Source: Candidatus Aminicenantes bacterium
GTDB lineage: Bacteria > Acidobacteriota > Aminicenantia > Aminicenantales > UBA4085
Reading direction: 5' to 3'
Length of the DNA: 64,000 nt
Assembly: GCA_963729855.1 (NCBI GenBank)
Contig: CAVSPT010000006.1
Coordinates: 933,428-997,427 of the forward strand
Shown: piece after piece, positions 1 to 10,680 of the stretch
Numbering within the stretch: position 1 is the stretch's first letter
How the letters are laid out: each line of letters begins with the position of its first letter
Notes under the pieces: model-generated
Databases searched by the model: none
Told to the model about the DNA's origin: nothing
The model's input: only the letters and a program-made list of their open reading frames with translations
Translations under genes and position numbers: made by a program

Positions 1-590
1 TCTATGACTCTGTGCGGGTCAACCTGGGGCTCTTCCAGCACGACGTCAACGTCATTTGGGACCTAGCCCCCCACGACCTCTCGATCATGGATTACCTCAT
101 CCCCATGAAACCGGCCTCCATCTCGGCCCGCGGGGCCATCCATTTCCAGAGCGACATCGAGGATGTCGCCTATGTGACGGCCGAGTTCCGCGATCAGGGG
201 TTCCTGGCCCATTTTCACTGCAACTGGCTCAGCCCGGTGAAGATCCGCAAGACCATCATCAGCGGCGACAAGAAGATGCTGGTCTGGGACGACCTCGACG
301 CCGACGAAAAGATCAAGATCTACGACCGGGGAGTGGAATTCAACAACGGAAAAGGCGTTTACAGCAAAACCGGGATCCACGACCTTCTGATCAGCTACCG
401 GTCGGGCGATGTGTACTGCCCCAAGCTCGACAATGTCGAAGCCCTCCGCGCGGAGGTCGCCTACTTCATCAAGTGCCTGGAAACCAGCGCGGAACCCTTC
501 AACAACGGAACCGCCGGCCTGCAGGTCGTCCGCATCCTGGAGGCCGCCGACCGGTCCATCAAGAACGGCGGCCAGTCCGTCAATTTGTAA
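1..590 (+). CDS. Gfo/Idh/MocA-family sugar(-nucleotide) oxidoreductase, C-terminal part (5' end outside window)
   Basis: The open frame enters from the left edge in phase with ORF 12..590 (whose first codon is an internal GTG), with TAA at 588-590. HFHCNWLSPVKIRKTIISGDKKMLVWDD..KIYDRGV resembles the C-terminal half of NAD-dependent sugar dehydrogenases (WbpB-like). An acetyltransferase gene follows 13 nt later in a polysaccharide locus. Confidence 0.65.
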   Translation, partial: YDSVRVNLGLFQHDVNVIWDLAPHDLSIMDYLIPMKPASISARGAIHFQSDIEDVAYVTAEFRDQGFLAHFHCNWLSPVKIRKTIISGDKKMLVWDDLDADEKIKIYDRGVEFNNGKGVYSKTGIHDLLISYRSGDVYCPKLDNVEALRAEVAYFIKCLETSAEPFNNGTAGLQVVRILEAADRSIKNGGQSVNL

Positions 591-602
591 GGAGACTTTT
601 TT

Positions 603-1082
603 ATGGAATACTGTCGTATCGCCCCTGACGTCAAATTGGGAAAGGATGTCAAGATCTTCGCCCTGGTGAATCTCTACGGCTGCTCGATCGGCGACCATTC
701 GAAAATCGGGACGTTCGTCGAGATCCAGAAGGGCGCCGAGATCGGAAAGAACTGCAAGATCTCCTCCCACACCTTCATCTGCGAAGGCGTGACCATCGAG
801 GACGACGTCTTCATCGGCCATAACGTGACCTTCATCAACGACCTGTACCCGCGGTCGACGGCGGCCGACGGGTCGCTCCAGACGGAGGCCGACTGGAAGG
901 TCGTCCCGACCTTCATCCGCAAAGGCGCGTCCGTCGGATCGAGCGCGACCATCCTGGCCGGCGTGACGGTCGGCGAGGGGGCCATCGTCGGGGCCGGGGC
1001 GGTGGTGACCAAGGACGTCCCTCCGCGGACCATCGCGGCCGGGAACCCGGCCCGGGTCCTGCGGACGATCGAAGGCCGATAA
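603..1082 (+). CDS. Hexapeptide-repeat (left-handed beta-helix) sugar N-acetyltransferase, WbpD-like
   Basis: ATG 603 with AAGGAG 9-15 nt upstream. Hexapeptide repeats are IGDHSKIGTFVEI, GAEIGKNCKIS, GVTIEDDVFIG and GASVGSSATILAGVTVGEGAIVGAGAVV. 159 aa. Confidence 0.75.
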   Translation: MEYCRIAPDVKLGKDVKIFALVNLYGCSIGDHSKIGTFVEIQKGAEIGKNCKISSHTFICEGVTIEDDVFIGHNVTFINDLYPRSTAADGSLQTEADWKVVPTFIRKGASVGSSATILAGVTVGEGAIVGAGAVVTKDVPPRTIAAGNPARVLRTIEGR

Positions 1083-1110
1083 GGACGGGAGGGCCCCGAG
1101 GAGCCGGACC

Positions 1111-2517
1111 ATGCTGAAGGAGAAAGAGGCCGTCATCCGCAAATTCATGTTTGTGGTCGACCTCTCCGTCGTGGGCGCCGCTTATCTGGCCTCGTTCCTC
1201 TTGCAGCCGATCTTCACGGACAACCCCATGAGCCTGCGCAGCGACATCATCTTTCTGGTGCTGGCCGCGCCCCTGTGGGGGATGACGCTCTACGCCAACG
1301 GCATGTTCCTGGCCATGCGGACGCGCTCCTACCTGGAGATCGTCTGGGCCATCATCCGGTCCGCGGCCCTGACCTTCCTGGCCTTCGGCACGATCATCTA
1401 CCTGTTCAAACTCAGCTCCATCAGCCGGGTTTTCTACATCATCTTCGCCGGGCTGAGCTTTGTTTTCATCCTGATCGAAAAGACGATCCTCTTCATGGGC
1501 GCCCACTACGTCCACCGCCAGAGCCTGAACACGCGGCGGCTCCTCATCGTCGGGACCGGCCCGCGGGCGGCCGAGTTCGTCCGCAAGGTCGACAGCCATC
1601 CGGAATGGGGTTTCGACCTCCTGGGGGCGATCGACGACGAACCCGCCCGGGAGATCCGCCGCGTCGACCGCTTGAAGGTCATCGGCACGCTCAAGGACAT
1701 GCCCCGGATCTTCCATGACGAGGCCGTGGACGAGGTCATCTTCGTCGTCCCCCGCTCGCGCTTAAGCTCGCTCCTCGAAGCCGTCGAGGACTGCGAGACC
1801 GAGGGCATCGTGGTGACGGTCTGCGTCGATCTCTTCGACATGCGGCTGGCCAAGGCCTCCGTCACCGACCTCGACGGGCTCCCTCTCCTCCATTTCAAGA
1901 CGACCCACGCCAAGGAGTGGCAGCTCTTCATCAAGCGGGTCTGCGATTTCGTCTTGTCGGCGCTGGGCATCGCGATCCTGAGCCCGTTCCTGCTCATCGT
2001 CGCCATCCTCATCAAGGTCACCTCGCCCGGCCCGGTCTTCTTCACCCAGCCCCGGCTGGGCTACCACGGCCGGAGGTTCACGCTTTACAAATTCCGGACC
2101 ATGCGGCGGGGCGCCCATGACGTCCTGTCCATCGTCACCGACCTCAACGAAATGAACACGCCGGAGTTCAAGCTCAAGAAGACCCAGTGGATCACGCCCT
2201 TGGGCCGCTTCCTCAGGAAATTCAGCATCGACGAGCTTCCCCAGCTCTTCAACGTCTTCGTCGGGCACATGAGCTTTGTCGGGCCGCGGCCGACGGTCCC
2301 GGACGAGGTCGACAAATACAAGACCTGGCAGCGCCGCCGCTTTTCCATGAAGCCCGGCATCACCTGCCTGTGGCAGATCAAAGGCCGCAACAACATCGCC
2401 TTCGAAGACTGGATGAAGCTGGACCTCGAATACCTCGACAACTGGTCCTTGAAATTGGACATTCTCATCCTCCTCAGGACCATCCCGGTGGTTCTTTTCG
2501 GAATCGGAGCGTATTGA
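1111..2517 (+). CDS. Polyprenyl-phosphate sugar-1-phosphate transferase (priming transferase, WbaP/EpsB type)
   Basis: 468 aa. N-terminal multi-TM region plus a C-terminal bacterial sugar-transferase domain (PRLGYHGRRFTLYKFRTM, IDELPQLFNVFVGHMSFVGPRP, KPGITCLWQI). Confidence 0.85.
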   Translation: MLKEKEAVIRKFMFVVDLSVVGAAYLASFLLQPIFTDNPMSLRSDIIFLVLAAPLWGMTLYANGMFLAMRTRSYLEIVWAIIRSAALTFLAFGTIIYLFKLSSISRVFYIIFAGLSFVFILIEKTILFMGAHYVHRQSLNTRRLLIVGTGPRAAEFVRKVDSHPEWGFDLLGAIDDEPAREIRRVDRLKVIGTLKDMPRIFHDEAVDEVIFVVPRSRLSSLLEAVEDCETEGIVVTVCVDLFDMRLAKASVTDLDGLPLLHFKTTHAKEWQLFIKRVCDFVLSALGIAILSPFLLIVAILIKVTSPGPVFFTQPRLGYHGRRFTLYKFRTMRRGAHDVLSIVTDLNEMNTPEFKLKKTQWITPLGRFLRKFSIDELPQLFNVFVGHMSFVGPRPTVPDEVDKYKTWQRRRFSMKPGITCLWQIKGRNNIAFEDWMKLDLEYLDNWSLKLDILILLRTIPVVLFGIGAY

Positions 2518-2553
2518 AGGCCGCTCGGAACGCATGAAAGGACGGATGCCGCC

Positions 2554-3876
2554 ATGAAGACGGGAACAAGGTCGATCTTGATCGGAATCGCCGTGATCGC
2601 CTTCGTCCAGCTGTTCCCGGGCCGCTCCTTCGGGTGGGGAAATACCTGGTTGGGGATCAGCCTCGAGGAAATCGTCAACACGTCGCGCTGGAAGCTGGGG
2701 GCCCTCAAATACAACGCCGCCTTCCGGATCGACAACGCCGGCTATGATTCCGACATCTACTTCGGAAGCGCCGGCCGGCCGGTCCCCGATTACACCCTTT
2801 TTGCGGGGCCGGATATCAGCTTTTTCCTTCCTTTGGCCAAGGGCATCATCCTGGACGTCTCCGAGATCCCCCAGTACGTCTTCTACCTCCGGACGACGAA
2901 AGACCGGGCCCTGAACAACGATTTCTGGGGCCAGATCCATTTCGCCGGCGACCGGCTGTTCTTCCAGATCGGCGGAGCGATGCTCAACGCCAAGGAGCGG
3001 CTGAGCTCGGAATTGGACATCAATATCCGGCAGATCCAGAATGAGCTTTCCGGGCTGGCCTTCTGGCAGATTTCCGAAAAGACGGCCATGGCTTTGCAAG
3101 CGCGGGCCTATGCTTATCGATACGAGACACCCCCTGACTCCAACATCGATTTTCAACAGACCCTCGATCGCAATGAAATCGATCTCAACCTGGCGGCCTA
3201 CCTCCAGCAGAGCGCGCGGATGCGATATTTCCTGGACGCCGAGTTCGCCTCCTTTAACTTCACGAATCCGGTTTCGAGCTTCAAGGATTCCCGCAGCTAC
3301 GGCGTCTACGGCGGAATCGAATTCCTGCCTTCGGCCTTGGACAAAGAACCTGGAAAAGGCCTGGGGGGGACGATCAATCTGGGATACAAGTATTTCGACA
3401 TCCTCGATCCGAATCAAAGAGGCTACAAAGGTTTGGTCGGCAACACGGGCCTCATCGTGAACTCGATTCAATTCACGAAGCTCCGCGCAAGCTTCACGCG
3501 GGACATCCAATTCTCCGCCTACGCGTCCCTGTCCTGCTATGTTCAGACCACCGTGTCGGCGGGGATTTCCCGGGCCCTGAACCGGACGATCACGCTGTCC
3601 TACGACATTGCTTTCATCCGCGACGATTACGGCCAATTCCAAATCGTTCCCGCCGGAGATACGCAGACCGATGATTATATCAACCACGTTTTCGGGCTCG
3701 GCTTAAGGCTGGGCCGGGATCTCCAACTTAACTTTCTCGCCAGTATAGGCCAAAGGAGCTCGAGTACCATCGATCAAATCAACGTCAACCACCGCAACTT
3801 CTTCGGTTTCAGCCTGGTCTACGGTGTTACTTCGAGGCGCAGCCAACTGGCGACCGGCCCCTTTTCCCGGCAATAG
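2554..3876 (+). CDS. Putative outer-membrane beta-barrel protein of the polysaccharide locus
   Basis: 440 aa. Signal peptide (MKTGTRSILIGIAVIAFVQLF), alternating amphipathic strands rich in aromatics, and a near-terminal FFGFSLVYG motif. No enzyme motifs. It sits between the priming transferase and the Wza-like exporter, as in PEP-CTERM-type EPS loci. Function is inferred. Confidence 0.5.
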   Translation: MKTGTRSILIGIAVIAFVQLFPGRSFGWGNTWLGISLEEIVNTSRWKLGALKYNAAFRIDNAGYDSDIYFGSAGRPVPDYTLFAGPDISFFLPLAKGIILDVSEIPQYVFYLRTTKDRALNNDFWGQIHFAGDRLFFQIGGAMLNAKERLSSELDINIRQIQNELSGLAFWQISEKTAMALQARAYAYRYETPPDSNIDFQQTLDRNEIDLNLAAYLQQSARMRYFLDAEFASFNFTNPVSSFKDSRSYGVYGGIEFLPSALDKEPGKGLGGTINLGYKYFDILDPNQRGYKGLVGNTGLIVNSIQFTKLRASFTRDIQFSAYASLSCYVQTTVSAGISRALNRTITLSYDIAFIRDDYGQFQIVPAGDTQTDDYINHVFGLGLRLGRDLQLNFLASIGQRSSSTIDQINVNHRNFFGFSLVYGVTSRRSQLATGPFSRQ

Positions 3877-3976
3877 GAGCTTCGATGCGCGAGGATTTGA
3901 GAATTCGCGGCGGATATGATATGGAATGGGTTTTTAAAATGGAATCTTTGAAAGCAAGAAACGAAAGAGGTATCTC

Positions 3977-4864
3977 ATGAACAAGCCGCAAACCTCGGCC
4001 CCCTGGACCTGTTCGGCTTTTTTCGGCCGGCTCCTGGCCCTCACCATCATGATTCCGGCCTCTTCATTCCTGTTCGGCGGGCCCTTTCCCGTCCTGCAGG
4101 AAAGCCAGCTTCCGGTCACGGATTACCGGATCGGGTCCAAGGACCTGCTGGAAATCAAGGTTTTCGAGCTGCCTGAGCTCAACCAGACCGTCCGTGTCTC
4201 GGAGGGCGGATTGATCAGCCTGGCCCTGCTCGGCCAAGTGGAGGTTTCCGGCCTGACCGCCCAGGAACTGGAAAAAAAGTTGGCCGAGATCCTGGACCAA
4301 AAGTACACCAAAGTCGCTCACGTTTCGGTTTTCATCAGGGAATACCAGAAAGTCTCGGTTCTCGGCGCCGTCGGGAAACCGGGGATGTTCGAGATCGTCG
4401 GGCCGATGACCCTTCTCCAGATCATTTCCCAGGCCGGCGGGTTCACGAACCAGGCCATGAACGAGCTGTATGTCTACCGGCGGGGGAAGGACGGCCAGAA
4501 GATCAGGATCAGCATCAACGTGGAGGACCTGATTTTGAACGGCAACGAAGCCGCCAATATCGACCTTCAGCCCAACGATGTCATCAACGTCCCGATCGAA
4601 CAGATGCTCACCGTTTATGTCTACGGTGAGGTCAAGAACCCCGGCGCCATTCAGTTCAAGCAGTCGAAGAAGATCACCCTGCTGCAGGCCATCGCCCAAG
4701 CCGGGGGAACCACGGAATGGGCCTCCACGACGGGGGTTCTTATCAAGAAAAAGGAACAAAAGACGGGCAAAGAGACGCAGCTTACGGTGAACCTCAAAAA
4801 AATGATCAACGGACAGATCCCCCAGATCGTGCTGGAAGAGGGCGACATCGTGATCGTTCCCTGA
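3977..4864 (+). CDS. Polysaccharide export protein (Wza-like, Poly_export + SLBB domains)
   Basis: ATG 3977 with AAGAGG upstream. DYRIGSKDLLEIKVFELPELN..VRVSEGGLISLALLGQVEVSGLTAQELEKKLA, with later beta-grasp repeats ending DLQPNDVINVP and LEEGDIVIVP. Confidence 0.8.
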   Translation: MNKPQTSAPWTCSAFFGRLLALTIMIPASSFLFGGPFPVLQESQLPVTDYRIGSKDLLEIKVFELPELNQTVRVSEGGLISLALLGQVEVSGLTAQELEKKLAEILDQKYTKVAHVSVFIREYQKVSVLGAVGKPGMFEIVGPMTLLQIISQAGGFTNQAMNELYVYRRGKDGQKIRISINVEDLILNGNEAANIDLQPNDVINVPIEQMLTVYVYGEVKNPGAIQFKQSKKITLLQAIAQAGGTTEWASTTGVLIKKKEQKTGKETQLTVNLKKMINGQIPQIVLEEGDIVIVP

Positions 4865-4893
4865 TCGATCGAACAGGCACTGAGAGGAATTCG

Positions 4894-7149
4894 ATGACTG
4901 AACTTGGGATGGAAACGCAAACCGGGATTCTGGCCCAAGCCCAGCACTATGGGCGGGTCATTCTCAAATGGAAATGGACGGCCCTGATGTTCCTGTCCAT
5001 TGTCATCGTGGGCGCAGTCCTTTACGCGACCTTGTCCAAGCCGGTTTTCACGGCTTCGGGCAGCGTCTGGATCGAGGACGAACCGAAAATTCTGCCCTTC
5101 GAGGTCATCCAGACACTCGGGACCGGTAACGAGCTGCCCAGTAATACCCGGCTGATCCAGAGCCGGGCTCTGGCGGCCGAAACGATTGAGAAGCTCAAGC
5201 TTTATGAGAACAGGGAATTCACGGGGACGGCGACGATCGGAAAAAAATCCTTCGCCGAGGAAAGCCCCGTCTTCCGCGAACAGCTCATCGAAAGCTTCCG
5301 CAGGAGCATAACCGTCAGCCAGGAAGGCGGAACCCGCCTGGTGGATGTCCGTTTCGACAGTCACGATCCCAAGATCGCGGCCGACGCCGTGAACTCCCTC
5401 ATCGAAGGTTTCATCAACATCATCAATCGGAAGCGTTACACGGATTCCGAACAGGCCATGGAGTTCCTCACCAGCCAAATCGCCTCCCTCCGCGCCGATA
5501 TCAACGACCGCGAGAAGAAGCTCAACGATTTCGGATCCCAGCGGAACATCCTCCCGCCGACGGCTGCGGAGGCCCCGACGGTCTCCCGGCTGGCCGAATT
5601 CAACAAGGCCTTGACGGACGCGACGATCGAAAGGATCAACAGGTTCAATTATTACAACCAGATCAAATCCGCGCCGTTGGGAGAAGTCCCCGACGCGCCG
5701 AACGGATCGCTCATTCAGACGCTTCGGGCGCAGTACTCGACCCTCAGCCGTGAATACTCCAAGCGCCTGGCGACCATCCGGCCGGAATATCCCGAAATGC
5801 AGCGATTGAAATCGGAGCTGGATGCGGCCACGGAAGCCCTGCAAGACGAGACCCAGAACATCATCCGCATCGCCTATACGGACTATCAGGCCGCCTTGCA
5901 GAAGGAGCAGTCGTTCCAAAAGCAGCTCAATGACCTTAAAAGCGACGCCTTCCGGAGCAACAGCAATTCCATCCAATACAACAGCCTGCGCATCGAATTG
6001 GACAGCAAAAAGACCCTGCTCGAGGCCCTGACCAAAAAACAAAGCGAAACCGACGTATCCTCCCAGCTCAAGGGCCTGAAAGCCATCAATGTCTGGATCG
6101 TGGACAAGGCGGATCCCCCCTTGAATCCCACCTTCCCGAACAAGCGCAAGATCCTCCTCATCGCCTTCCTCGTCGCTCTGGGCGGGGCGGCCGGCCTGGC
6201 GATCGTCCTGGAATCCTTGACCCAAACGGTCAAGACCTCGAAAGACATCGTCAAGGCCACGGATCTGGCCACCCTGGGCATGATCCCCTCCTTCGGCTCG
6301 GGCTCGAAATGGAAGCGATCGAAAACCGAGCGGGCGAGGTTCGCCGCCATCCTCCGGGGAGGCGCGGCCAAGATCGAGAAGAACAAACCGGAATCGCCGG
6401 CTGCCGCCGACAAAATGGGACGAGGGACGCCGTCCGATCCCGGCGCGGAGCTTAAAGAGAACCGGTCCAAAATCGAGCTGATCATCTCCCGGGACCCGCA
6501 TTCGATCCAGGCGGAGGGTTTCCGCACCGTCCGGACCAGCCTGCTGCTCTCCTCCCCGCCGCGAAATTCGAGCGCCATCCTCCTCACCAGCGCGCTGGCG
6601 CGGGAAGGCAAGTCCTCGACGGTCTCGAATCTGGCCTTGGTCCTGTCCACGGGCGGCAAGCGGGTCGTGGTCGTGGACTCCGACCTCCGCAAACCGAAAC
6701 AGCATAAAATCTTCGGCACCGGCGAGGGACCGGGCCTGACCCACTACTTGAGCACCAGCATCGACATCGGGCAGGTGGTCAAGCAGACCCAGTTCCCCAA
6801 CCTCTGTCTGGTCAAGTGCGGCCCGATTCCGGCCAATCCCGTCGATCTCCTGACCTCGGAGAGGATGAGCGAGCTGATCATCCTGTTGAGGCGGAATTTC
6901 GATTTTATTTTCTTGGACACGCCCCCCATCCTCGCGGTTTCCGACGCTCTGGCCATGGGACCGATGATCGACGGGGCCATCCTCGTCGCCCGGGGGGGCC
7001 AGACCCCGATCGCCGCCTTCAAGCAGGCCAAGGAAAAGCTCGACGCCCATAAAATCAAGTGTCTTGGCGTCATCTTGAACGACGTGGACCTGATCGAGGA
7101 AGCCGGATATTACGCCCGGGAGTATTATCACTACTCCAATCCCGAATAA
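4894..7149 (+). CDS. Chain-length determinant / bacterial tyrosine (BY) kinase, Wzc/GumC-like
   Basis: Start set to ATG 4894 (GAGAGGA upstream), because the ORF-track start 4717 overlaps the previous gene. TM helix (WKWTALMFLSIVIVGAVLY), long coiled-coil region and a second TM. P-loop kinase domain (SALAREGKSSTVSNLA, VVVVDSDLRKP, FIFLDTPP). C-terminal tyrosine cluster GYYAREYYHYSNPE. Confidence 0.8.
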   Translation: MTELGMETQTGILAQAQHYGRVILKWKWTALMFLSIVIVGAVLYATLSKPVFTASGSVWIEDEPKILPFEVIQTLGTGNELPSNTRLIQSRALAAETIEKLKLYENREFTGTATIGKKSFAEESPVFREQLIESFRRSITVSQEGGTRLVDVRFDSHDPKIAADAVNSLIEGFINIINRKRYTDSEQAMEFLTSQIASLRADINDREKKLNDFGSQRNILPPTAAEAPTVSRLAEFNKALTDATIERINRFNYYNQIKSAPLGEVPDAPNGSLIQTLRAQYSTLSREYSKRLATIRPEYPEMQRLKSELDAATEALQDETQNIIRIAYTDYQAALQKEQSFQKQLNDLKSDAFRSNSNSIQYNSLRIELDSKKTLLEALTKKQSETDVSSQLKGLKAINVWIVDKADPPLNPTFPNKRKILLIAFLVALGGAAGLAIVLESLTQTVKTSKDIVKATDLATLGMIPSFGSGSKWKRSKTERARFAAILRGGAAKIEKNKPESPAAADKMGRGTPSDPGAELKENRSKIELIISRDPHSIQAEGFRTVRTSLLLSSPPRNSSAILLTSALAREGKSSTVSNLALVLSTGGKRVVVVDSDLRKPKQHKIFGTGEGPGLTHYLSTSIDIGQVVKQTQFPNLCLVKCGPIPANPVDLLTSERMSELIILLRRNFDFIFLDTPPILAVSDALAMGPMIDGAILVARGGQTPIAAFKQAKEKLDAHKIKCLGVILNDVDLIEEAGYYAREYYHYSNPE

Positions 7150-7262
7150 ACCGCCGGTCCGCGCCGCGAAGGGGATGGTCCTCCCTGCGGATTCTCCTTG
7201 CGCAATCCGTCCGTTTTTAGGCATAATTTCGTTTCATTCGGACTCTTCAAGGAGCTTTTTTG

Positions 7263-8600
7263 ATGCGTATCCACGATTCCATCCGCCTCCAGGTTCCCGA
7301 TATCCTCCTGCCCAAGGCGGGGACGGATTTGGCCAAATGGGCGGTCATCGCCTGCGACCAGTACACCTCCGAACCGGAATACTGGAACAAGGCCGCCGCG
7401 TTCGTCGGCCCGGCCCCCTCGACGCTCAACCTGATCTACCCGGAAGTCTATCTCCATGAGCCCCGGCCGGAGCTCCGCATCGACCGCATCCGCGAATCGA
7501 TGATGCGCTACATGGCCGAAGGGCTCTTCGACGCCCGCGAAGGCTACGTTTACGTGGAGCGCACGACCGGCGACAGGACGCGCAAGGGCCTCGTCGCCGC
7601 CCTCGATCTGGAGGCCTACGATTTCCGGAAAAGCTCCTCGACCCTCATCCGGGCCTCGGAGGGGACGATCCTCGACCGCATCCCGCCCCGGGTCAGGATC
7701 CGCGAGGGCGCGCCGATCGAGCTGCCCCACATCATGGTCCTCATCGACGATCCCGAAAACAGCGTCCTCGGGCCCTTGACCCGGGCCAAATCCCGCCTGC
7801 CGAAGCTCTACGATTTCGAGCTGATGCTCGGCTCCGGCCGGTTGGCCGGCCGCCTTGTCGCCGACCGGGAGCTGGAAGCCGGCGTCGTCAAGGCCCTGGA
7901 GGCCCTGGCCGACCCGGCCGCCTTCGCCTCCCGCTACGGCCTGCCCGCCGGGACGCCCGTCTTGCTCTACGCCATGGGCGACGGCAACCATTCCCTGGCC
8001 ACGGCCAAGACCATCTGGGAAAAAACGAAGGACGGGGCGGCCGATCCAAGGGCCGTCCTGGCCTCGCCCCTCCGCTACGCGCTGGTCGAGCTGGTCAATC
8101 TCCACGACGAGGCGCTCGTCTTCGAGGCCATCCACCGCGTCGTCTTCGACGTCGCCCCGGGCCGGGACCTGCTGGCCGAGGCCGGCCGGTTCTTCGCGGG
8201 CCGGACCCGCTGGGAGAAGGCCTGCTGCGCCCACGTCATGCAGGAGACGGTCGACGAACAGAGCGGCCTGCCCCACAAGATCGGGACCGTCACCAAGGAC
8301 GGCGCCGGCATCCTGGAGATCGACGCCGCCGGCTCCAACCTGCCCGTGGGGACGCTCCAGAACTTCCTCGACGAGTTCAAGAAGACCGGCGGCTTCCGGG
8401 ACATCGACTACGTCCACGGCGGCGAACCGGTCTCCACGCTGGGGTCCAAGCCGGGCAACATGGGCTTCTACCTTCCGGCCATGCGCAAAGACGACCTCTT
8501 CAAGACCGTCATCCTGGACGGCGCGCTGCCGCGCAAGACGTTCTCCATGGGTGAAGCCTGGGAAAAGCGGTTCTATATGGAGGCCCGCAAGCTGTCATAA
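7263..8600 (+). CDS. Conserved hypothetical protein, DUF1015-like
   Basis: ATG 7263 with AAGGAG 9 nt upstream; ORF-track 7260 is a TTG one codon earlier. 445-aa soluble protein with good coding bias. I recognise it only as DUF1015-like from memory, and assign no catalytic motif. Confidence 0.5.
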   Translation: MRIHDSIRLQVPDILLPKAGTDLAKWAVIACDQYTSEPEYWNKAAAFVGPAPSTLNLIYPEVYLHEPRPELRIDRIRESMMRYMAEGLFDAREGYVYVERTTGDRTRKGLVAALDLEAYDFRKSSSTLIRASEGTILDRIPPRVRIREGAPIELPHIMVLIDDPENSVLGPLTRAKSRLPKLYDFELMLGSGRLAGRLVADRELEAGVVKALEALADPAAFASRYGLPAGTPVLLYAMGDGNHSLATAKTIWEKTKDGAADPRAVLASPLRYALVELVNLHDEALVFEAIHRVVFDVAPGRDLLAEAGRFFAGRTRWEKACCAHVMQETVDEQSGLPHKIGTVTKDGAGILEIDAAGSNLPVGTLQNFLDEFKKTGGFRDIDYVHGGEPVSTLGSKPGNMGFYLPAMRKDDLFKTVILDGALPRKTFSMGEAWEKRFYMEARKLS

Positions 8601-8709
8601 AAAAAGCTCGACTCTCCCCCCGGACCGGGGATGATCCCGCGCGGGAATCCCCGCAAAGATCCGACCGAATAACGGCCCTGATCTCAAGCTGAGCGGGTCC
8701 CGGCGCCCG

Positions 8710-10680
8710 TCAGGTCCGGGACGAGTATTTCAATTCGCGGAACGTCACGGTGAAGGCCGTCCCGTTCGTTCGATCCAGCTCGATCGCCGCCTCCAATTGT
8801 CCGGCCAGCAGATTCACGATCTGAAGCCCGAAGCTGTTCGCCTTGCGGAAATCCAGATCCTTCGGGAACCCGATCCCATCGTCCGCCACCCGGACTTCGA
8901 TCAGACCGCCCGGCCGGCGTTTCAGCCCGATCCGGATGACGCCGGCCCGGCTCTCCGGGAAGGCATGCTTGATGGCGTTGGAAATCAGCTCGTTCAGAAG
9001 CAGCCCGCAAGGCATGGCCGAGGCGATATCCAGGGTCACATCCTCGAATTCGGTTTCCAGCCGGACACAGCCGGGCTGGGCGCTGTAGGCCTGGACGAGG
9101 TGAAGCGCCAGGCTGTTGATATATCCGCCGAAATCGATCCGGGACAGATTGCCGGATTGGAAGAGCTTTTCATGGACCAGGCTCATGGAGCGGATCCGCG
9201 TCTGGGCCTCCTTGAAAACGCCGCGGCACGCGTCATCGGGACTATGCCCGACCTGGAGGTTGAAGAGGCTGGAGATGACCTGCAGATTGTTTTTGACCCG
9301 GTGGTGGATCTCCCGGAGAAGGACCTCTTTTTCCTGCAGCGAGACCCGGATTCCCTCCTCGGCCTGTTTGCGCACGATGGCCATGGCCACCTGCGAGGAG
9401 ACGAAAGAAAGGAATTCCAGCTCGCGCCTGCCGAAGCGGACCGTTTCCGCGTAGGATTGCACGACCATCACGCCGATCGTCCGCTCCCCGACGCGCAGGG
9501 GGACGCCCAGCCAATCCACGGAATTCTCGCCGATCAATTCGACGTCGCCCCGCCGGACAAGGCTCTCGAACACTTCCGGCGGCGCCAGCAGGGGCGCGCC
9601 CGTGCGCAGGACGTATTCGGTGAGTCCCCGCCCCGGCTTGCTCGGGAGGGGCGGTTCGTCATAGGGATCGACAAAATAGGGAAAGGAAATTTCGTCCTTG
9701 TCCGCGTCATAAAGGGCGATATAGAAGTTGTCGGCGGGCAGCAGAGCGCCGATCGAATCATGGATGGATCGGAACAGCTCGTCCAGCGAGACCGCCGAAT
9801 TGGCGACGCTGGCGATCCGGAAAATGATTTCCTGCAATTTCTCGGCCTGCTTGCGTTCGGTGATGTCGCGAACGATGCCCAGGAGGTGAGGCCGGCCTTC
9901 GATCTCGATCAGAGCGGCCGAGACCAGCCCATCTTTCAGGGCGCCGCTCTTGGCCCGAAAACGGGCTTCGAGATTTTCGACCACGCCGTGTTCCTGCAAG
10001 TCCGCGACCAGCCGCCGGCGGTCGTCCGGATCGTCCCAGATGTTCAGCTCGATCGACGTGCGGCCGACGATATCTCCTTCGGCATAGCCCATGATCTTGG
10101 TGAAGCCCGTATTGATCGAAACATACAATCCGTCGGCCAGGCGGTTGAGGCTGACGGCATCCGGGTTGGTGTAAAACGCCTTGCGGAATTTTTCCTCGCT
10201 GACGGCCAGCGCCGCCTCCGTTCTCTTGCGTTCCGTGATGTCGGTGACTGCGCCGATCCACTTCACGGGCTTCCCCGATTCATCCCGGACGACGGCGCCT
10301 CGATCCTGCCAATAGAGAAAAGTGCCGTCCTTCCGCCGCACACGGCACTCCACGGAATACGGCTCCTCGGACTTCAATTGTTTTTCAATCGCCGCCAGGA
10401 CACGATCCCGGTCCGCGGGATGGAGCAGGCTCGTATACCCCTCCCATGTCCGGGGGATTTCGTCGGGCTGGCAGCAGAGAAGTTCGTCCACCCGTCCGAG
10501 CCATTCCAGGCGCGAACTGAGATCCCATTCATAGATCAAATTCGTCGCTGATTCCGCGGCCAGGCGGTAGCGTAGGCTTTTTGCCCTTTCCTGCGCGAGC
10601 TCGGCTTTCAGGCGGGCGATTTCGGCGGCGGACGCACGGGCTTCTTCCTTCCCGGCTCTCTTTTTCGATTGATCGGACAA
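8710..10680 (-). CDS. Cytoplasmic PAS-PAS-GAF sensor histidine kinase (HisKA_2 type)
   Basis: 656 aa. The only available in-frame start is TTG 10680. N-terminal coiled coil, two PAS-like modules and a GAF-like module. H-box [20 protein letters not shown]. ATPase motifs [19 protein letters not shown] and NSFGLQIV. No TM helix. Confidence 0.8.
   Translation of the reverse strand: MSDQSKKRAGKEEARASAAEIARLKAELAQERAKSLRYRLAAESATNLIYEWDLSSRLEWLGRVDELLCCQPDEIPRTWEGYTSLLHPADRDRVLAAIEKQLKSEEPYSVECRVRRKDGTFLYWQDRGAVVRDESGKPVKWIGAVTDITERKRTEAALAVSEEKFRKAFYTNPDAVSLNRLADGLYVSINTGFTKIMGYAEGDIVGRTSIELNIWDDPDDRRRLVADLQEHGVVENLEARFRAKSGALKDGLVSAALIEIEGRPHLLGIVRDITERKQAEKLQEIIFRIASVANSAVSLDELFRSIHDSIGALLPADNFYIALYDADKDEISFPYFVDPYDEPPLPSKPGRGLTEYVLRTGAPLLAPPEVFESLVRRGDVELIGENSVDWLGVPLRVGERTIGVMVVQSYAETVRFGRRELEFLSFVSSQVAMAIVRKQAEEGIRVSLQEKEVLLREIHHRVKNNLQVISSLFNLQVGHSPDDACRGVFKEAQTRIRSMSLVHEKLFQSGNLSRIDFGGYINSLALHLVQAYSAQPGCVRLETEFEDVTLDIASAMPCGLLLNELISNAIKHAFPESRAGVIRIGLKRRPGGLIEVRVADDGIGFPKDLDFRKANSFGLQIVNLLAGQLEAAIELDRTNGTAFTVTFRELKYSSRT

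Noticed and set aside
4651-7224. 857-aa ORF antisense to the Wzc-like gene, with similar long antisense or out-of-frame ORFs at 1762..3687, 25032..27449, 35581..37815, 56275..58062, 58059..59948, 18939..20702 and 10961..12724
   Set aside because: Their translations are Arg/Gly/Pro/Asp-rich low-information sequences, typical of shadow frames in GC-rich DNA. Each lies opposite or out of frame with a gene that has clear family motifs.
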